Shown in pieces: positions 61,355-64,000 of a DNA stretch of 64,000 bases. Origin of the DNA: a virus (taxonomy: Duplodnaviria > Heunggongvirae > Uroviricota > Caudoviricetes). The position numbers and the translations under genes were made by a program. The stretch is from IMG/VR virus record IMGVR_UViG_3300001605_000009, one strand, 5' to 3'. Under the pieces are notes generated by a model that was not told where the DNA came from, ran no database searches, and saw only the letters and a program-made list of their open reading frames with translations. Every line of letters starts with the position of its first letter. Position 1 is the first letter of the stretch.

Positions 61355-61390
61355 TTAAAAGGTGGGAACAAGTCCCACCTTTTACTTAAT
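61355..61390 (-). terminator. bidirectional rho-independent terminator
   Basis: AAAAGGTGGGAACAAGTCCCACCTTTT. Confidence 0.7.
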
Positions 61391-61598
61391 GTGCTCTGTA
61401 ATCAAGTATAGATTGCAATTCGATTATTTCCCGCAATGTCCTTTGTTTCTCCATGTTTGCAGTATAAAGATCAACAATGATTGACGAAATCAGATCCTCT
61501 TGTAGTGCTAGTTTGTCCTCTGCACAGTCAAGCTGCAATTCTAGTGGTTCCTCGTTCATGCCGCTAACTTTCCGTTTTGCTTTACAGCGTTGAAACAA
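61386..61598 (-). CDS. hypothetical small protein
   Basis: ORF with a terminator at its end. Confidence 0.4.
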   Translation of the reverse strand: MFQRCKAKRKVSGMNEEPLELQLDCAEDKLALQEDLISSIIVDLYTANMEKQRTLREIIELQSILDYRAH

Positions 61599-62029
61599 GT
61601 AATACCGATTGAAAGCATTGCGTCAATTACTTTCAAGTTATCGTCAAACATAATTGCGCAAGCATCCTTTGCACAAGAAAAGCCTTCGCCCGCAAAGTAT
61701 GCTTCTAGCAGATCAACTTTCAATTGCGCGTCCCCGCGCATATCGTTAACGCCGCGCGACAAGAAAACATCATGTTCTAGTCCATGCTTTTCAAGGAACA
61801 AATGGTTGCTTTCATGTGGCGAACGCGCCGTGCAAATGATAACCGTATGGCCAGCCTTTTTAATCTGTTTCATGCTTTTTGCAAGTGGCAAAAGCGAGTC
61901 ACCCATAATTTTCTCATGGGTATTATTCTCCAGCCAGTGCGCAAGATTAAGCGAGCCATCGGGCAACGTGTTTTGACGGTGGCTTGAGTCGATAACCGTG
62001 CCATCCAAGTCGAAAATTACATAAGCCAT
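61556..62029 (-). CDS. HAD-superfamily 5'-nucleotidase (deoxyribonucleoside 5'-monophosphatase-like, comparable to T5 dmp)
   Basis: HAD motif I FDLDGTV at the N-terminus. The gene is small and located in a pre-early-like island. Confidence 0.65.
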   Translation of the reverse strand: MAYVIFDLDGTVIDSSHRQNTLPDGSLNLAHWLENNTHEKIMGDSLLPLAKSMKQIKKAGHTVIICTARSPHESNHLFLEKHGLEHDVFLSRGVNDMRGDAQLKVDLLEAYFAGEGFSCAKDACAIMFDDNLKVIDAMLSIGITCFNAVKQNGKLAA

Positions 62030-62122
62030 TTTGCTAGTCCTTGCTGTCTTGATGCCCCATTATTGCCAGAAAAGCGGCATAGCGTCAAGAAGTTTTTATC
62101 CACAATTAAAAATAATTTGCTA

Positions 62123-62151
62123 TTGACAACCTATAAAAATCCTGCTAAAAT
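62123..62151 (+). promoter_or_regulatory. island plus-strand promoter cassette, copy 5, with a perfect DnaA box 20 nt upstream
   Basis: aTTGACAacctataaaaatcctgcTAAAATcggcgct. TTATCCACA is at 62096-62104. Confidence 0.55.
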
Positions 62152-62160
62152 CGGCGCTAA

Positions 62161-62197
62161 TTAAGCCTTTGAAAACAAAGGCTTAATTGCTTGTTTA
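62161..62197 (+). terminator. rho-independent terminator
   Basis: TTAAGCCTTTG-AAAAC-AAAGGCTTAA followed by TTGCTTGTTT. Confidence 0.6.
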
Positions 62198-62635
62198 ATC
62201 TATGGGGCAAGAGGACTGGCAGCTCTTGCTTGCCCACCAAACCGTTTCCGGTCTTGACAGCCGATTAAAAGTGCGAATGTCAAGTAAAATTGGCTCTCCC
62301 GAATGTTCGCTAGTCGCCAGCTTTTCCACCTTGTCAAGCCAGCGATTAGAGTATTCTGCGTCAGCTAATATGTATTCAATTGGGCAGCCGTCAAACATAT
62401 CGTATTTGAATGTTTTAGAGAATGCAATAACGCTAGAGCGATCAAAAGAAAAGCGCGCCTTTGGTGGGTTTACTAGCCCAAACCAACGCCTAGTGCTAGA
62501 ACGCTTTTCTTCTGATTTGACCCAGCTATTGACTTGTTTGTCAGTTTCTACAGTGACTTGATGCACAATTTCAAGGCGGCAATCCTCTACCATTGCCAGA
62601 AGTGAAGCCTTAGTGACTGGAACAAAACCCTTCAT
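62195..62635 (-). CDS. hypothetical protein
   Basis: ORF only. Confidence 0.4.
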   Translation of the reverse strand: MKGFVPVTKASLLAMVEDCRLEIVHQVTVETDKQVNSWVKSEEKRSSTRRWFGLVNPPKARFSFDRSSVIAFSKTFKYDMFDGCPIEYILADAEYSNRWLDKVEKLATSEHSGEPILLDIRTFNRLSRPETVWWASKSCQSSCPID

Positions 62636-62835
62636 GCATAATTCCTTTGAATAAAGCGATCACCAAAACGATCAAGAGCGAGAATCTGCCAATCATCACT
62701 TTCATAGTCGATATCTATATCGTAGTCAAGCGGTTCTGCAACAAAAAACAGATCACAATCCCATGCTTCCGTGCTAGCATTATCTGCTAAGTGCCAGTCA
62801 AGAGGTTCGTTCATTGCTTCATTCCTTGTTTCCAT
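62632..62835 (-). CDS. small acidic protein
   Basis: A 67-residue Asp/Glu-rich ORF containing DYDIDIDYESDDW. Confidence 0.4.
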   Translation of the reverse strand: METRNEAMNEPLDWHLADNASTEAWDCDLFFVAEPLDYDIDIDYESDDWQILALDRFGDRFIQRNYA

Positions 62836-62882
62836 GAATCCACCTTAGACAATAAAAAACGCCTGTCAAGAAATCTTTTCTC

Positions 62883-62910
62883 TTGACAAAATAAAATAAC
62901 CTGCTAAAAT
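62883..62910 (+). promoter_or_regulatory. island plus-strand promoter cassette, copy 6 (16-nt spacer)
   Basis: cTTGACAaaataaaataacctgcTAAAATcggcgc. Confidence 0.5.
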
Positions 62911-62975
62911 CGGCGCATCTGAGCCAAAAAATTCGGCGCTACTACCATTATAGCATGAAGCTAAATTGTTGTCAA

Positions 62976-63009
62976 ATAAAAAATAAGGCCTGAAGGCCTT
63001 ATTTTTTAG
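62976..63009 (-). terminator. bidirectional rho-independent terminator
   Basis: AATAAGGCC-TGAA-GGCCTTATT flanked by an A6 tract and a T6 tract. Confidence 0.7.
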
Positions 63010-63194
63010 TTCTCCACAACTCTAGCGGCCTTATATTGGGCCGCTTTCATGAAACGCTTAGCCTTATCCAAGGCGTCGCGGGCCTCGCCAGCAGTGTCAA
63101 AATATTGTGCCCGTTCGATCCTTCCAGCAAAGGTCCATACCGTGCCGCGCAGGTAGCAGATGCCTTGTGGTGTGGTCAGTTGAACAGTGAACAT
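63006..63194 (-). CDS. hypothetical small protein
   Basis: ORF only. Confidence 0.35.
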   Translation of the reverse strand: MFTVQLTTPQGICYLRGTVWTFAGRIERAQYFDTAGEARDALDKAKRFMKAAQYKAARVVEN

Positions 63195-63282
63195 TGCTTA
63201 TCTCCTTGCTGATGAATTAACCCTAGGCCATAGCAGTCCCAATGTCTAGCAGTATTTATCCACAAGCAAATTTTATTTGCTC

Positions 63283-63310
63283 TTGACAAACTATAGAAAA
63301 CCTGTCAAAA
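63283..63310 (+). promoter_or_regulatory. island plus-strand promoter cassette, copy 7 (-10 hexamer CAAAAT), with a perfect DnaA box at 63256-63264
   Basis: cTTGACAaactatagaaaacctgtCAAAATcggcgcc, with a hairpin immediately downstream. Confidence 0.45.
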
Positions 63311-63347
63311 TCGGCGCCAATGGGAGGCTTTGCAGCCTCCCATTTTG

Positions 63348-63551
63348 TCAACCATAATTCTGCCAATTCACAATATCGGCCAATGCTTGTTCTGCCGTTG
63401 GCTTTTCATCATAATGCTTGACAAAATCCTCGTCAGTGCCTTCAAAGATTAGATGGTTTCTTCGAGGCAACCAAAAGGCGGCTTGATCCTTTTCGCCACC
63501 ATACCAAGAAACCATTAGATCATTGTGCACCCATTCAGCAGTTGTTTTCAT
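63348..63551 (-). CDS. hypothetical small protein
   Basis: ORF only. Confidence 0.35.
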   Translation of the reverse strand: MKTTAEWVHNDLMVSWYGGEKDQAAFWLPRRNHLIFEGTDEDFVKHYDEKPTAEQALADIVNWQNYG

Positions 63552-63754
63552 CGGCTAGACTCCAATCCAAAGGCTTCGAGGCCTTCATCACCATATTCGC
63601 TTTCTACCGCTTCTGCAAGCATTTCTTCTGGAGTATAGTCGGCTTCCCAGAAATCATAGTAATTCTGGTCAGGCCAGCAATCCGTTGGCATTCCCACGGT
63701 TTCGATCATAAGAGCGTCAACCCGTGCCATCCAAGTCTTGAAAGAAACTGCCAT
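63548..63754 (-). CDS. small acidic protein
   Basis: A 68-residue acidic ORF overlapping the downstream gene by 4 nt. Confidence 0.4.
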   Translation of the reverse strand: MAVSFKTWMARVDALMIETVGMPTDCWPDQNYYDFWEADYTPEEMLAEAVESEYGDEGLEAFGLESSR

Positions 63755-63832
63755 TTGTTATCTCCTCGTTACAAGAACAACCTAGGCCCTAGCTTATCCC
63801 TAGTCAATCCCTAAAATAAAAAACTTTTGCTA

Positions 63833-63861
63833 TTGACAGGTTGAATTGAACCTGCTAAAAT
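63833..63861 (+). promoter_or_regulatory. island plus-strand promoter cassette, copy 8
   Basis: aTTGACAggttgaattgaacctgcTAAAATtggcgcc followed by the hairpin TAGGGCTTTGG-TTTC-CCAAAGCCCTA. Confidence 0.55.
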
Positions 63862-63900
63862 TGGCGCCAATAGGGCTTTGGTTTCCCAAAGCCCTATGTG

Positions 63901-64000
63901 TCAAGGGATTATTTCAAAAGATTCGCCATGATCGTGAAAATATTCTTCTCCACCCATTTCATAGAAGTATTCTTCTATCGTCTCTTTATCAGTAAGGCTA
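63901..64000 (-). CDS. hypothetical acidic protein, C-terminal part only (gene starts beyond the right edge of the window)
   Basis: In-frame minus-strand ORF ending ...EEYFYEMGGEEYFHDHGESFEIIP with its stop at 63901. Confidence 0.35.
   Translation of the reverse strand, partial: SLTDKETIEEYFYEMGGEEYFHDHGESFEIIP

Noticed and set aside
57000-64000. A CRISPR array suggested by the regularly recurring conserved element of about 40 bp
   Set aside because: The repeat units are 400-900 bp apart and separated by genes. They have promoter anatomy (-35 hexamer, 17-nt spacer, -10 hexamer) and no uniform spacer length. No cas genes are present.

Overview
Every recognisable gene in this 64-kb window is a phage or phage-associated function, and nothing is host-like, so this reads as a piece of a large lytic double-stranded DNA phage genome. 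Most genes run on the minus strand.

Positions 0.1-8.2 kb carry a replication module: a family A DNA polymerase with proofreading exonuclease, a DnaG-like primase, a DnaB-like helicase, and an NAD-dependent DNA ligase that is split in two by a GIY-YIG homing endonuclease gene and a thioredoxin gene.

The window holds about 16 tRNA genes, all on the minus strand, in two clusters (9.2-11.5 kb and 33.3-36.5 kb). Several are atypical, and an HNH homing endonuclease gene sits inside the second cluster.

Other gene groups:
- Structural: a 2324-residue repetitive Ser/Thr/Gly/Asn-rich protein, probably a fibre or adhesin, followed by three small fibre-like paralogs.
- Lysis: a two-gene spanin pair.
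- Nucleotide metabolism: flavin-dependent thymidylate synthase (ThyX), dUTPase, dCMP deaminase, a MazG-like pyrophosphohydrolase and a deoxyribosyltransferase-like protein.
- A ribosomal protein bS21-like gene that overlaps the dUTPase stop codon, with a SleB-like cell wall hydrolase immediately downstream.
- An RNA-repair cluster: an Rnl1-like ligase, a polynucleotide-kinase-like P-loop kinase, a metallophosphoesterase and an Rnl2-like ligase.
- An NAD+ salvage and ADP-ribose-processing cluster: NadV, a fused NMN adenylyltransferase-Nudix protein, and a Macro domain protein.
- A stringent-response-like HD hydrolase, a pentapeptide-repeat protein, a His-box desaturase-like membrane protein and an SPFH membrane protein.

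The last 7 kb (57-64 kb) is a distinct island that looks more GC-rich than the rest (about 45% versus 38% by eye). It is packed with short monocistronic minus-strand genes: a HAD-family 5'-nucleotidase, a DEDDh exonuclease, copies of a helix-turn-helix paralog family, and several tiny, highly acidic proteins. Each gene has its own sigma70-type promoter and hairpin terminator. In almost every intergenic gap there is also a conserved plus-strand promoter cassette (TTGACA, 17 nt, TAAAAT, then CGGCGCC) that points antisense into the terminator of the neighbouring gene. Three perfect DnaA-box 9-mers (TTATCCACA) sit in these gaps. By analogy with T5-like phages I infer that this island corresponds to a pre-early, first-step-transfer-like region. 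The conserved promoter motif, the split ligase and the large tRNA complement fit the same comparison.

Other anomalies: a 750-bp three-gene islet at roughly 58% GC (39.2-40.0 kb), a promoter-driven tRNA/tmRNA 3'-end mimic (25.4 kb), and several ORF-free segments that appear to be transcribed and are candidate non-coding RNAs.
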